A stretch of DNA of 63,038 nt, counting the filler, from a bacterium (GTDB taxonomy: Bacteria; JALSQH01), in assembly GCA_026985515.1 (NCBI GenBank). It is 5 parts of 5 records of this genome, joined end to end, with 100 filler letters (N's around TTAATTAATTAA, not from the genome) between each part and the next. Parts side by side here need not be neighbours in the genome. Positions count along the whole stretch, not along the records: positions 1 to 23,277 come from JALSQH010000254.1; positions 23,378 to 46,564 come from JALSQH010000255.1; 3 more parts are not named here. The stretch is one strand, 5' to 3'. This document shows, piece by piece, positions 19,175 to 29,937 of the stretch (position 1 is the stretch's first letter; each line of letters begins with the position of its first letter). Under the pieces are notes generated by a model. That model was not told the DNA's origin and did not search any database. It saw only the letters and a list, made by a program, of their open reading frames with translations. Both the position numbers and the translations under genes were made by a program.

Positions 19175-20136
19175 TTCTCAATCAATGGTTGTTTTACAGG
19201 GGTTCCGTCTGACCATAGTCCCATAAATCTAGCTTCAGGGGTGTCATTAATATAATTGCAATTTTCTCCGTAGAAACTGCATTCAATCAGTGCTTCTGAC
19301 CATTTCCAGAAACCATACCAGTCAAGGGCATTTGTTGTACTTTCTCCAGAGAGGGGAGCGAGGTGATCTGCAATGAGAGGATAATCCCCATGAGAATCAC
19401 TCAGCATTGTAATTCTTGTTTTTCTGTAAGATGGGATCCTGGTTGCTTCATTAAAGATTTTATCTGCGTAGATTGAGCCTGCAACGAAATCATCTTCGGC
19501 AGATAGGGTGATCAACAGCGTGCTGGTGGGAATTCCATTGAAATTTTCCTCTTTCAGGGGCAGAACCGTACCTGGCTCAACGGCAAAAATACATGCAGGT
19601 TCTGGCAGAGACAATTTTCTGTACATTCCAGCTATCACCGCAGAAAAGTAACCTCCAAGTGAATGTCCCATAAAGCATATTCTGAGGGAGTGGGGTATAT
19701 CCTCGTTGTCAAGGATCTTTAGAGCCCTTGTGGTTGAGGAAGTCAGGTTGTTGAACATGGACTCAATGTCAACACTCAGCATTGTCTGATAATATGGATA
19801 AATGATGATATTCCCCTTTCTGACAATGTGGGAAATCCACAGCCTGTAAAAATCAGGGGAAATAGCAGTGTAACCATGTATGAAAACAACCACTGGAGCA
19901 GCAGAGGAGAGATTGTCTGGATAGAAAATCTTTACTTTTCCTGCTCCCTCTCCATCCTCAATTATGCTGATTGTGGAGAATAAATAATTGCTCCCCTCTG
20001 GTCCCGAATCAGGTTGTTTCACGGGAGGTAATATTTTTTCTCTAAGGTTGCTCTCTTTCTTTACCTGTTTTTTCTCCTGCCCACATCCTGCCGGGAGGAT
20101 GAGAAGAGATAAAATGAGAAGAAACTTTTTCATCAT
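19171..20136 (-). CDS. Alpha/beta hydrolase lipoprotein (chlorophyllase/cutinase-like)
   Basis: Lipobox PAGC; PVVVFIHGY, GHSLGG nucleophile elbow, ADH. Confidence 0.8.
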   Translation of the reverse strand: MMKKFLLILSLLILPAGCGQEKKQVKKESNLREKILPPVKQPDSGPEGSNYLFSTISIIEDGEGAGKVKIFYPDNLSSAAPVVVFIHGYTAISPDFYRLWISHIVRKGNIIIYPYYQTMLSVDIESMFNNLTSSTTRALKILDNEDIPHSLRICFMGHSLGGYFSAVIAGMYRKLSLPEPACIFAVEPGTVLPLKEENFNGIPTSTLLITLSAEDDFVAGSIYADKIFNEATRIPSYRKTRITMLSDSHGDYPLIADHLAPLSGESTTNALDWYGFWKWSEALIECSFYGENCNYINDTPEARFMGLWSDGTPVKQPLIEK

Positions 20137-20144
20137 CCAGAGAA

Positions 20145-20239
20145 ATTATACCTCACCAGGTGTATCTCCTCAACAGAATAATCCTTTGAGAATATACACT
20201 ATCTTTTTCTTGACATCTGAAGGGTTTTTACTGTATAGT
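20145..20239. promoter_or_regulatory. Divergent sigma70-like promoters
   Basis: Minus: TTGAGG-N17-TATAAT(20150-20145), 8 nt from ATG 20136. Plus: TTGACA(20210-20215)-N18-TATAGT(20234-20239). Confidence 0.55.
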
Positions 20240-20271
20240 ATATAGAGTTACAGTAAAAGGGGGAAAATAGT

Positions 20272-23058
20272 ATGTCTGCACTTTTTGGTCGCTGGAAAAT
20301 TTTCCTGATAATTGGAGTTCTTGGCCTGATAACTGCTTTTCCCATCTTCGCAGAAGAAAATCCTGTTCAGACAACCACTGAATTAACTGGTCCTCAGAAT
20401 CCACCTGGTCCCCAGCTGGGAGAGGGAGAGGAGGAGAGTGAATCCCCTGTAAAATTTTATAAAGGTGAGGCTCTGCCCTACTATACAGGTTCAAATCTTT
20501 ATGGTGATTTTGGAATTCTGAGAATTTTCTCTGCATACACCCCTTACCCGGGTTCATTTTACATAAATGGAAATATAAAATTCTGGAGTGCCAATAATTA
20601 CCTTGGCGAGGGAATGAAGCACAAGAGGCTGGAGACTTCGTCAGGTTTCGGGATTGCCATTACCAATTTCATGTACTTTTTTCTCAATGTGATGAGCAGT
20701 TCCCATTATTATGAAAATACTCTCTACTCCGGTGGTGTTCTTCAATCCTCGAGGCTGGTTCAATCAAATGGAGACCTGACTTTTGGATTAAAGCTGGGTT
20801 ATGATGCGCCCACCGTTTTCTCCTTTTCTATACTTCCGATTTTCAAAGTTTATTCAAAAGTTTCTGAAATAGGACCCGATTTCAAGACCTTTTCCTATGG
20901 TTCAGAGATGCTTTTCACCTTTGACCTTTCCAGGAAAGAGAATCCCGTACCGCTGAGGATTCACCTGAACCTTGGTTATTTCCTCGACAATGCTGCCAGA
21001 ATTGCTGAGAATATATCCACAGATCCAAATCTGGAAGCAGCTCTTGGTATCCCCTACGATGATGATACATTTCTGTGGGGACTTGGATTTGAATTCCCGC
21101 AGAAGTATTTTGAGCTTTTCCTTGAATATACCACTGAACAGTACTTCAATCTTAACAATTCCAGATATCCAGGTTCAGAAACTGTAAAACCGAGAAGAGC
21201 TTATAGTCAGAATCCCCAGAGGATAACACCCGGTGTGAGATTCTTCCCCTACAGAGGTTCATATCTTGATTTTGCAGTGGATCTGAGTTCGCAGCTTCTT
21301 GGTTTTGGTAAAGGATGGGATTATGGAACAGGTCAGCTTGAGGAAATTATGCCTCCATGGCAGTTTATTGCACAGATTGGTTACGCCTTTCAGCCACCGA
21401 GACCACAGCTTCCAAAAGAAGGTATTATTGTGGGAACTGTCTATGATGCGGAAACCAAGAAACCGCTTGAGGGTGCAATTGTAACATTTCCAGGAAGAAA
21501 TCTCACTGCACTTTACACCGATAAAGAGGGTCACTTTTATTCATACAAATTCAAGAAGGGACTCGTAGAGGTAAAAGTTGAGAAAGAGGGATATAAACCT
21601 GAGAGCGAAACAGTCAGAGTTAAGCCTCTCAGAAGGGTTCCTGTTGTTTTCTATCTTAAAACCTCTGTTAAAACTGGTAAGGTCATAGTAAAAGTTGTAT
21701 CCGCAGAAGGCAAGCCACTTCTTGCTGAGCTGATCTTTACCAGAAATGGAGAAGAGGTGGCGAAGGAGACCACTGATCCCGATACCGGGACTGTCTCCCT
21801 TAATCTCCTTGAGGGTACATACATCGTGACAGTAAAGTCGGAAGGAATGGTAACAAAAAAGGTAAAATTACGGGTTGTTAAAAGAACGACCAAAAAGTAC
21901 ATAATAAAGATGAGACCTGCCTACGGTAAATTGCAGGGAATGGTGGTTAATGAAAGTAGAGAAGGAGTGCCAGCTGTAATTTCACTCTTTGGAAAGAAAA
22001 ATGTGAGGATTACCAGCGATCCACTGACAGGCAAGTATTCTGCTTCTCTCCCTGCAGGAAGGTATAACATTAAGGTGGAAAGCAGAGGTTATGGAACCTA
22101 CACGGCACAGGTAACGATTCCAGCTGGAAAGGTTGTCACCCTCAACATTATTCTGAAGAAGATACAATCTGCCGGAAAGGTATCCGGTACAGTTACCTCT
22201 GTAAATGGCAAGCCTCTCGCAGGTGTCGTGGTATTTACAGGTCCTGTTACCCAGAGGGCTCCAACTGATCCATCCACCGGTACATATTCTATTCAGCTGC
22301 CTGCTGGTACATATCAGGCGATGGCAGTGGTAACTGGATACAAGCCAAAGACAATGCAGGTTGTTGTTCAGGTTGGAAAGACAACTCCTGCCAATTTTGT
22401 CCTTGAACCGGCTCAGGCTTTTGGAATTGTAAAGGGAAGAGTAATTTCAAAAGATAAGAAGAAGGGTATACAGGCTGTCATCACATTCCCCGGAGAAACT
22501 ATACCAAATGTAACAACTGATCCAGATACGGGGGCATTTGTGGTCAAGGTGCCGGCAAAGAAATTGACAATTAAAGCCAGTGCTCTGAATTACAAGGCTC
22601 AGACGAAAGAAATTGAGGTGAAACCGGGTCAGACAGTTGTTGTCAATTTTGAGCTTGAGCCATACAAGTTGATTAAGGTTACAAAGAAGAAGATTGTTAT
22701 CAAACAAAAGATTTACTTTGAAACAGGGAAAGCCATCATAAGACCCGAGTCCTTCCCTGTGCTGGATGAGATAGCCCAGGTCCTCAAGGACAATCCCGGC
22801 CTCCGGATCAGGATTGAAGGCCACACAGATAGTGTTGGACCGGCATCATACAATCTGAGGTTATCTCAGAAGAGAGCCAATGCCGTCAGGAATTACCTTA
22901 TATCCAAGGGCATTGATCCTTCAAGACTTGAAGCGGTAGGTTACGGTGAAAGCAGACCCATTGCTCCCAATACAACACCTGAAGGCAGAGCAAAGAACAG
23001 AAGAGTTGAGTTTGTGATCATATCACACAGCTTCGAGAAGACGGTGCCTCAGAAATAA
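20272..23058 (+). CDS. OmpA-family protein: putative N-terminal beta-barrel, five carboxypeptidase-regulatory-like repeats, C-terminal peptidoglycan-binding domain
   Basis: IYFETGKA, IEGHTDS, NLRLSQKRANAV, GYGESRP, NRRVEF; five ~85-aa repeats, four with (T/S)DPxTG. Confidence 0.88.
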   Translation: MSALFGRWKIFLIIGVLGLITAFPIFAEENPVQTTTELTGPQNPPGPQLGEGEEESESPVKFYKGEALPYYTGSNLYGDFGILRIFSAYTPYPGSFYINGNIKFWSANNYLGEGMKHKRLETSSGFGIAITNFMYFFLNVMSSSHYYENTLYSGGVLQSSRLVQSNGDLTFGLKLGYDAPTVFSFSILPIFKVYSKVSEIGPDFKTFSYGSEMLFTFDLSRKENPVPLRIHLNLGYFLDNAARIAENISTDPNLEAALGIPYDDDTFLWGLGFEFPQKYFELFLEYTTEQYFNLNNSRYPGSETVKPRRAYSQNPQRITPGVRFFPYRGSYLDFAVDLSSQLLGFGKGWDYGTGQLEEIMPPWQFIAQIGYAFQPPRPQLPKEGIIVGTVYDAETKKPLEGAIVTFPGRNLTALYTDKEGHFYSYKFKKGLVEVKVEKEGYKPESETVRVKPLRRVPVVFYLKTSVKTGKVIVKVVSAEGKPLLAELIFTRNGEEVAKETTDPDTGTVSLNLLEGTYIVTVKSEGMVTKKVKLRVVKRTTKKYIIKMRPAYGKLQGMVVNESREGVPAVISLFGKKNVRITSDPLTGKYSASLPAGRYNIKVESRGYGTYTAQVTIPAGKVVTLNIILKKIQSAGKVSGTVTSVNGKPLAGVVVFTGPVTQRAPTDPSTGTYSIQLPAGTYQAMAVVTGYKPKTMQVVVQVGKTTPANFVLEPAQAFGIVKGRVISKDKKKGIQAVITFPGETIPNVTTDPDTGAFVVKVPAKKLTIKASALNYKAQTKEIEVKPGQTVVVNFELEPYKLIKVTKKKIVIKQKIYFETGKAIIRPESFPVLDEIAQVLKDNPGLRIRIEGHTDSVGPASYNLRLSQKRANAVRNYLISKGIDPSRLEAVGYGESRPIAPNTTPEGRAKNRRVEFVIISHSFEKTVPQK

Positions 23059-23083
23059 AAAGGGGGGGTGTACCCCCCATTTT
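23058..23083 (+). terminator. Intrinsic terminator-like hairpin
   Basis: AAAA-GGGGGGG-TGTA-CCCCCC-ATTTT directly after the stop codon. Confidence 0.65.
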
Positions 23084-23089
23084 GGTTAC

Positions 23090-23277
23090 ATGAAGGTAAT
23101 TGGACTGACTGGTGGAATAGGTACGGGAAAGAGCAGTGTTGCCGGGTTCTTCAGGGAAAAGGGTGTACCTGTAATTGATCTGGATGAGATAGTTCATGAG
23201 TTGCAGAGGCCGGGAAAACAGGTTTACAGGAGGATTGTGGAGGAGTTTGGAGAGAGTATCCTCAACTCTGACGGTAC
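23090..23277 (+). CDS. coaE: Dephospho-CoA kinase (partial, cut by gap)
   Basis: MKVIGLTGGIGTGKSSV...VIDLDEIVH...IVEEFGESILNSDG. Confidence 0.92.
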
Positions 23278-23377
23278 NNNNNNNNNNNNNNNNNNNNNNN
23301 NNNNNNNNNNNNNNNNNNNNNTTAATTAATTAANNNNNNNNNNNNNNNNNNNNNNNNNNNNNNNNNNNNNNNNNNNN
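23278..23377. other. Artificial contig linker
   Basis: N44-TTAATTAATTAA-N44 six-frame stop spacer. Confidence 0.98.
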
Positions 23378-24058
23378 AGGAGGATAAACTCCGTCAAATC
23401 CTGAAGTTATCCAGAGATCTCCCACCTTAACATCCTGATCAGATGTGACATACTTCACCTTTCCCAGCATACCCCCCTCTCCCTGAAAAACGCCTCTCAC
23501 ACCACTTCTTGCATCCATCACATCCACGGCGGAATTTATATTCGTTATCAACATCACCTTTGCTGAAAGAAGTTCACTTTCAACTACCATACCCACCACT
23601 CCATCCTGATAAAGAACAGGGGTTGATGGAGGCAACTTTTTTCCCCCTGTATATATTAAGAAAGAATCAAAAAGAGATGAAGGATCCCTCCCAATCAGCG
23701 GCACTATTTCCCCTTTCCAGGTTACCGGATTGAAATAGAAGGAAAATTTTGAGATCTCCTCCATCTCCCTCAAATGTTCCCTGCAGGACAACAACTTCAT
23801 TCTGAGAGTATTAATCTCTTCAATAAGTTTTTCGTTTCTTTTCTCCACACCAACCAAAAAGATGTACCTTTTCCACAATGAAACCACATCCTCCTCCACC
23901 CCAACAATAACCCTGACAGGAAATGTTACAACAGGTTCCAGAATCTCACCAGGTCCTGAAAAAAAGGATGGTTTGAGAAAAAAGACCACCTCAAGAAAGA
24001 TAAAGAAAAGGGAAAAGTAAATTATCGGCTTCTTAAACTTTCTCCAGACATTTCTCAT
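23378..24058 (-). CDS. mreC: Rod shape-determining protein MreC (partial, cut by gap)
   Basis: TM segment, coiled coil, DGVVGMV, VKVGDLWITSGFDGVYPP; downstream of mreB. Confidence 0.9.
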
Positions 24059-24061
24059 CAA

Positions 24062-25120
<1,059 letters not shown>

Positions 25121-25156
25121 TTATACCATTATATTCACTGGAAATATTTATTCAAC

Positions 25157-27121
25157 CTACAATCCCGACGAAAGCGATGGGAGGATGTGTCCAAGTCTCG
25201 TAATAAGTGCATTTAGGTCAGCATTAGTCATAGCTTTGCCCGTTTCCCTGTAAGTCAATTTTTCCTTATTAACCTCAACCGGCACCAGAACCCCATGGAA
25301 AGTGGGATCTGGAAAGAAGAGATAATAGTTTTCTTCCACAACTCCATCTGATGGATCATTCCTGCTTCCATCTGGCCATTTATGACCAAGAATCTCTCCC
25401 ACCTTCAGATCAGTATCATCAAACTTATCATTTCCAGTATTGAACTTACCATCTCCAGCCCCATAAAGATACCCCTCATAACCTGCATCTGGCAATCCAT
25501 CCCTGTCTCTGTCAATGAAAGTTCCCAGAATTCCTGTATCATCGTAAGTTTTATTCCAGTTTGAAGCTGAGCATGTACCGGCCACATTTACAAAACATGG
25601 TTCCCTTTCTGGCTGAGATATAAAATCCCCCGCCTGATCCCATTTTCCATTTTTATTCAAATCAACCCATTCTCCGTAACTATCGATTCTCCCATCCCCA
25701 TCTTTATCTCCTATTACGGGCTCGCTTTCAAGATACCATTTAGGCAAAACAGTCTTCAGATCTGAAATGGGGGTCTCAAAGAGACCGGCAAGCCTTATTC
25801 CGGGAAGATTGAGCTCTTCAATATTAACACTGAGCAGTGAAGGAAGAACAGAATCCAGTTTCAGACGGTAAATATAATAGGTTATTGAAAATGGTGGTGC
25901 TTCAAGAGAAACAGTTGAATTCCTGAGGTCCTCAAACATATCAATAATGACATTGAGGTTAATGTAAGATGATATTGCAGACCATGTACTTTTCAGGGTT
26001 TCAATATTGCTCTGAAGAGATGTTACCGATGCCGGGTCACCGGCAACTTTAAGCATCTCTATACTGTTCAGAAGGTTGGATCCCCATGGCATTCCAGCGG
26101 CGTAAGAGGTCACAGGTGGAATTTCTGGCTTGCTATTACTCTTCTCATTTCTGTTTATTCCCTCCCCAAGATTGATAAGATCATTCCACTGTTCCGGATC
26201 AATCAGAACTTCATCTGTAATTAGATAAGAGAAACCATCCCTCAAATCAGCAAACATACCAGCAAGTAATTCCTGAGCTTTTCTAAGTGAATCAAGACCA
26301 TCTTCAGCAAATACTCCAAACTCTGGATCGAGCAGAGGATTGGTCCTTCCTGGAATCATATTGAAAATTTTAGTTTTATCGTACACATCTGAAAAGTATT
26401 TCGAGTAACTCACAATAACATCGATCAGCTTGTTGTAGGCAAGGAGCAACTCTGCAATTCCGCCAATCCCCTTAAGAAGACCATTTATGAGGTAGGCATC
26501 AGTGTTATCTACCTCCAGATGGGAGAGGTTAAGCACAAATCTCCCTGCAGATGCTGAAACGAGAGAGGAAAAATCTATCCATGCATTTTTAAATGTGTAA
26601 CTGAAATCCCCATAACTTAGAGCCTCATCATAATTCTTTATGATGGGGAGAAGCGAAGTCTCGAGTACCTGTTTAATAAGGCTCCCATATTTACTCAGGT
26701 CAAGACCTGATGAACCTTCTCCCGATTGGCTCTTCAGCAATCCACCCAGTTTTTCCATGAAATCTATTGTCCTGAGAAAAGCTATGGCGAAGTTTGCCTT
26801 TGCCTTCATCCTGTTTATTTCATCAAGAGTGTACCCCTCAACTTCACCACTCTCTATTTTTCGCAGCACCTGGTCATAAAGCTCTTCTATCCTCTCTCGT
26901 TTTCGTGTCATCTCTCCAAGATACTTCTCAACTATCTTTGCTTTATTTTTATCCTTGCAGTAACTCATATACTCATCAAGTGACTTAATGGGGTAGAGAT
27001 CCGACACATTCATATTTACAAAGAGATCATCAGCCTCGCGCATAATCTGATCCACACTTTTCTCGCTGCATCCAGCGATAAAAAAGATTGCAACAAGTAT
27101 CAGTGAGAGAACTTTTTTCAT
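25157..27121 (-). CDS. Hypothetical lipoprotein with DxDxDG-type motifs
   Basis: Lipobox IAGC; helical N-terminal part; C-terminal DKDGDG, DLNKNG, DRDRDG; upstream TTGACA-N17-TAATAT. Confidence 0.75.
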   Translation of the reverse strand: MKKVLSLILVAIFFIAGCSEKSVDQIMREADDLFVNMNVSDLYPIKSLDEYMSYCKDKNKAKIVEKYLGEMTRKRERIEELYDQVLRKIESGEVEGYTLDEINRMKAKANFAIAFLRTIDFMEKLGGLLKSQSGEGSSGLDLSKYGSLIKQVLETSLLPIIKNYDEALSYGDFSYTFKNAWIDFSSLVSASAGRFVLNLSHLEVDNTDAYLINGLLKGIGGIAELLLAYNKLIDVIVSYSKYFSDVYDKTKIFNMIPGRTNPLLDPEFGVFAEDGLDSLRKAQELLAGMFADLRDGFSYLITDEVLIDPEQWNDLINLGEGINRNEKSNSKPEIPPVTSYAAGMPWGSNLLNSIEMLKVAGDPASVTSLQSNIETLKSTWSAISSYINLNVIIDMFEDLRNSTVSLEAPPFSITYYIYRLKLDSVLPSLLSVNIEELNLPGIRLAGLFETPISDLKTVLPKWYLESEPVIGDKDGDGRIDSYGEWVDLNKNGKWDQAGDFISQPEREPCFVNVAGTCSASNWNKTYDDTGILGTFIDRDRDGLPDAGYEGYLYGAGDGKFNTGNDKFDDTDLKVGEILGHKWPDGSRNDPSDGVVEENYYLFFPDPTFHGVLVPVEVNKEKLTYRETGKAMTNADLNALITRLGHILPSLSSGL

Positions 27122-27193
27122 ATTTCAGCCCCGTTTTTTATTGATATTAGTTAAAAGAAGAAGGAATGTCAAGAAGTGGCAGATCTTTTATTT

Positions 27194-27751
27194 TCAATCT
27201 TTTCCATAGAGAACAGCAAGGATTTTCAGGGGAGCATCACCATGGGCCTTTACTAAATGGGGAATACTCGCCCGGTAGTAAATGCTGTCTCCAGGATATA
27301 GAATGTCCCTGAACTCACCAAGGATGACCTCCATTTCCCCCTCAAGGACATATATAAATTCTTCACCCTCATGAACAGAAGGAGATTCCTTTGAGGCAGA
27401 AGGCTCAATGGTAACTATAAAAGGCTCCATGTGCCTGTCAGAGAAACCGTAACCAAGGGATTCGTAGGTGTATCCATAAAATGATCCATCGCTTGATCCA
27501 TATCTGGCAACCTGCTTCCTCTCATCCTTCCGCACAATTGTGAAATCACCACCACTCTCTTCTCCGAAAAAGGCACTCAGGGGAACCTCAAGGGCTCTTG
27601 AAAGTTTAAGCAACATCCCGAGAGATGGAGATTCCATATGATTTTCAACCTGAAGGAGCACAGAGGGAGATATCCCGGTCATCTTTGAAAGTTCCTCTAA
27701 CTCAATCCCCTTATCTTCCCTTATCATCCTTATTCTTTCGCCTATCCTCAT
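27194..27751 (-). CDS. XRE-family HTH regulator with cupin domain
   Basis: IGERIRMIRE HTH; HEGEEFIYVLEG and GDSIYYRASIPH cupin motifs. Confidence 0.92.
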   Translation of the reverse strand: MRIGERIRMIREDKGIELEELSKMTGISPSVLLQVENHMESPSLGMLLKLSRALEVPLSAFFGEESGGDFTIVRKDERKQVARYGSSDGSFYGYTYESLGYGFSDRHMEPFIVTIEPSASKESPSVHEGEEFIYVLEGEMEVILGEFRDILYPGDSIYYRASIPHLVKAHGDAPLKILAVLYGKD

Positions 27752-28671
27752 CAAAAATCCTCCTGTATTTCAATCGACCCTGAAAAGGACTGCACTGAGT
27801 CTATTTTATACTTTTTCATCTTCGCTGGCAAATCTTCAATGATTTCTTCTATGATGGATGGATTTCTGAATGTGGCACTTCCAATCTGGACAGCTCTGGC
27901 ACCAACCATAATAAACTCAAGTACATCTTCAGCACTGGTTATCCCTCCCACCCCCACAACATCAATATTGCAGTTTGATGCTACCTCCCAGACAAGCTTC
28001 AGAGCCACCGGTTTGATGGCGGGACCAGATAACCCACCGGTTACATTTGCAAGTACTGGCCTCCTCGTTGCAAGATCAACAGCCATAGCAGGAATGGTGT
28101 TTATCAGAACAACTGCACTTGCACCCCCTTCCCGGGCTGCCCTGGCAATTGTAAGAATATCTGTTACATTGGGAGAAAGCTTGACCCATACATCCTTATT
28201 TTTCGCTTTTTTCTTTACCCTGCTGACCACCTTTTCAACACTTTTTGGAGAGGTACCAAAATGGATTCCCCCTTCATGAACATTGGGACAGGAAACATTA
28301 ACTTCCAGGGCTGAAACGCCTTCCTCGGAAGATAATATATCTGCCAGTTCCTGAAAATCTTCATAGGATGTGGCAAAAATATTTGCAATCACAGGCACAC
28401 CATATTTCCTCAGGTGGGGCAGTTTCTCTTTTACAAAAGCCTCAACCCCGATATTTTCCAGCCCTATTGCATTTAACATTCCACAGCATGTTTCAACAAT
28501 TCTTGGAGGCGGATTCCCGTGTATGGGTTTCAGAGACAGACCTTTTGTGACTATTGCCCCCACCTTCTCCAGATTCACCCACCTCTCCATCTCCACACCA
28601 TATCCGAAGGTGCCTGAAGCTGGCATTACAGGATTTTTCAGTGTTAACGAACCAACTCTGGTTTCAAGCAT
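27751..28671 (-). CDS. pyrD: Dihydroorotate dehydrogenase B, catalytic subunit
   Basis: NPVMPASGTFG, GNPPPRI, NVSCPNV, VKLSPNVTD, GGLSGPAIKP. Confidence 0.96.
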   Translation of the reverse strand: MLETRVGSLTLKNPVMPASGTFGYGVEMERWVNLEKVGAIVTKGLSLKPIHGNPPPRIVETCCGMLNAIGLENIGVEAFVKEKLPHLRKYGVPVIANIFATSYEDFQELADILSSEEGVSALEVNVSCPNVHEGGIHFGTSPKSVEKVVSRVKKKAKNKDVWVKLSPNVTDILTIARAAREGGASAVVLINTIPAMAVDLATRRPVLANVTGGLSGPAIKPVALKLVWEVASNCNIDVVGVGGITSAEDVLEFIMVGARAVQIGSATFRNPSIIEEIIEDLPAKMKKYKIDSVQSFSGSIEIQEDF

Positions 28672-28682
28672 ATTGCCTCCAT

Positions 28683-29462
28683 TTAAAAGAAGTAATCTCC
28701 AGGAAAAACTGGACCATCCTTACAAACCTTCAGGTAACCAAGTTTCCTGAAATACTTTTCCTTTGGTTTCACAGTACAACCCAGACAAATTCCTATGCCA
28801 CACGCCATGGTGGTTTCAAGAGACACATAGGAGGGTATCCTGAGATTTCTCGTGATTTCCACAACACCCGACATCATTGCATTTGGACCTACAGCATAGG
28901 CCCTCGCAGGAAGAGGAATATCTCCAATCTCATCAATGAGAAGATCCGTAATAAGACCATGAAATCCTTCACTTCCATCATCTGTTGAGAAGAAAAGATT
29001 GACACCCATCTCTTTTAGCTCATTCTTCAAAATAAGACTCTCGCCCGTTCTCGCCCCATAGAAGAAAAAAATCTTCCTTCTTTGAAACCCTTTTTTTATC
29101 AATCTCTTTGTAAAGAAATAGAGAGGCGGAATTCCTATTCCCCCGGCAACTATTATTACGCTTTCCCCCTGCTCAGGAAAGGGAAAAGAATTTCCCAGAG
29201 GTCCTGTAATAAGAAGTTCAGTACCTGTTTCCCACCGGGATAGAATGCCGGTCCCCCTTCCCCTGACTTCATATATGACATCCACCCTGTTTTCATTCAC
29301 ATCGGCAATGGAGAAAGGTCTCGGTAAAAAAGGGTCACGGTACTCGGAAACTCTTACCATTACAAACTGTCCCGGCTCTGCGTCAAATCTCTGCGGCGCC
29401 ACCATCCTTAAACGGAAAAATTTTTCTCCCAGCATTTCATTAAAAGCAATTCTAACCTTCAT
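28683..29462 (-). CDS. pyrK: Dihydroorotate dehydrogenase electron-transfer subunit
   Basis: PGQFVM, RPFSI, GPLGN, AGGIGIPP, MACGIGICLGC, CKDGPVF; start at ATG 29462. Confidence 0.93.
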   Translation of the reverse strand: MKVRIAFNEMLGEKFFRLRMVAPQRFDAEPGQFVMVRVSEYRDPFLPRPFSIADVNENRVDVIYEVRGRGTGILSRWETGTELLITGPLGNSFPFPEQGESVIIVAGGIGIPPLYFFTKRLIKKGFQRRKIFFFYGARTGESLILKNELKEMGVNLFFSTDDGSEGFHGLITDLLIDEIGDIPLPARAYAVGPNAMMSGVVEITRNLRIPSYVSLETTMACGIGICLGCTVKPKEKYFRKLGYLKVCKDGPVFPGDYFF

Positions 29463-29937
29463 TCTCCAGCACCCTTTCCATAACAATTGCATCTTCGCCG
29501 TTTTTGTAATACCTCTTCCTGACCCCCACCTCTCTGAAGCCACACTTTTCATATAATCCCCTTGCAGGAAGATTGCTTTTTCTCACTTCAAGTACCACCC
29601 TTTTAACACCCCTCTCTTTCGCAAAATCAAGAAAATACCGCAGAAGCTTTTCTCCCAGTCCCCTCCTGCGAAAGTCCGGATCAACAGCGAAATCACCGAT
29701 GTGAGCTTCATCTGAAACAATCATGGCAAAAATGAAAGCAACCACTCTGCCTTCAATCTCAATGACGAAACCCTTTGAATATCTGTAAACAATTTCAAAG
29801 AGTATCTGAGAAGGAGTCCATGGATCTGAAAATGAACGTTTCTCAATGGAGTAAATCTCCTTTAAATCAGCAGGCTCAGCCTCTCTGATTCTGAAAGAAA
29901 CACCGGCACCTACCAGATCATTGCCGCTGATGCCCAT
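29452..29937 (-). CDS. rimI: Ribosomal-protein-alanine N-acetyltransferase
   Basis: IEKRSFSDPW, RRRGLG, LEVRKSN, LYEKCGF, RKRYY...EDAIVM; start uncertain (overlaps fabH end). Confidence 0.9.
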   Translation of the reverse strand: MGISGNDLVGAGVSFRIREAEPADLKEIYSIEKRSFSDPWTPSQILFEIVYRYSKGFVIEIEGRVVAFIFAMIVSDEAHIGDFAVDPDFRRRGLGEKLLRYFLDFAKERGVKRVVLEVRKSNLPARGLYEKCGFREVGVRKRYYKNGEDAIVMERVLENEG

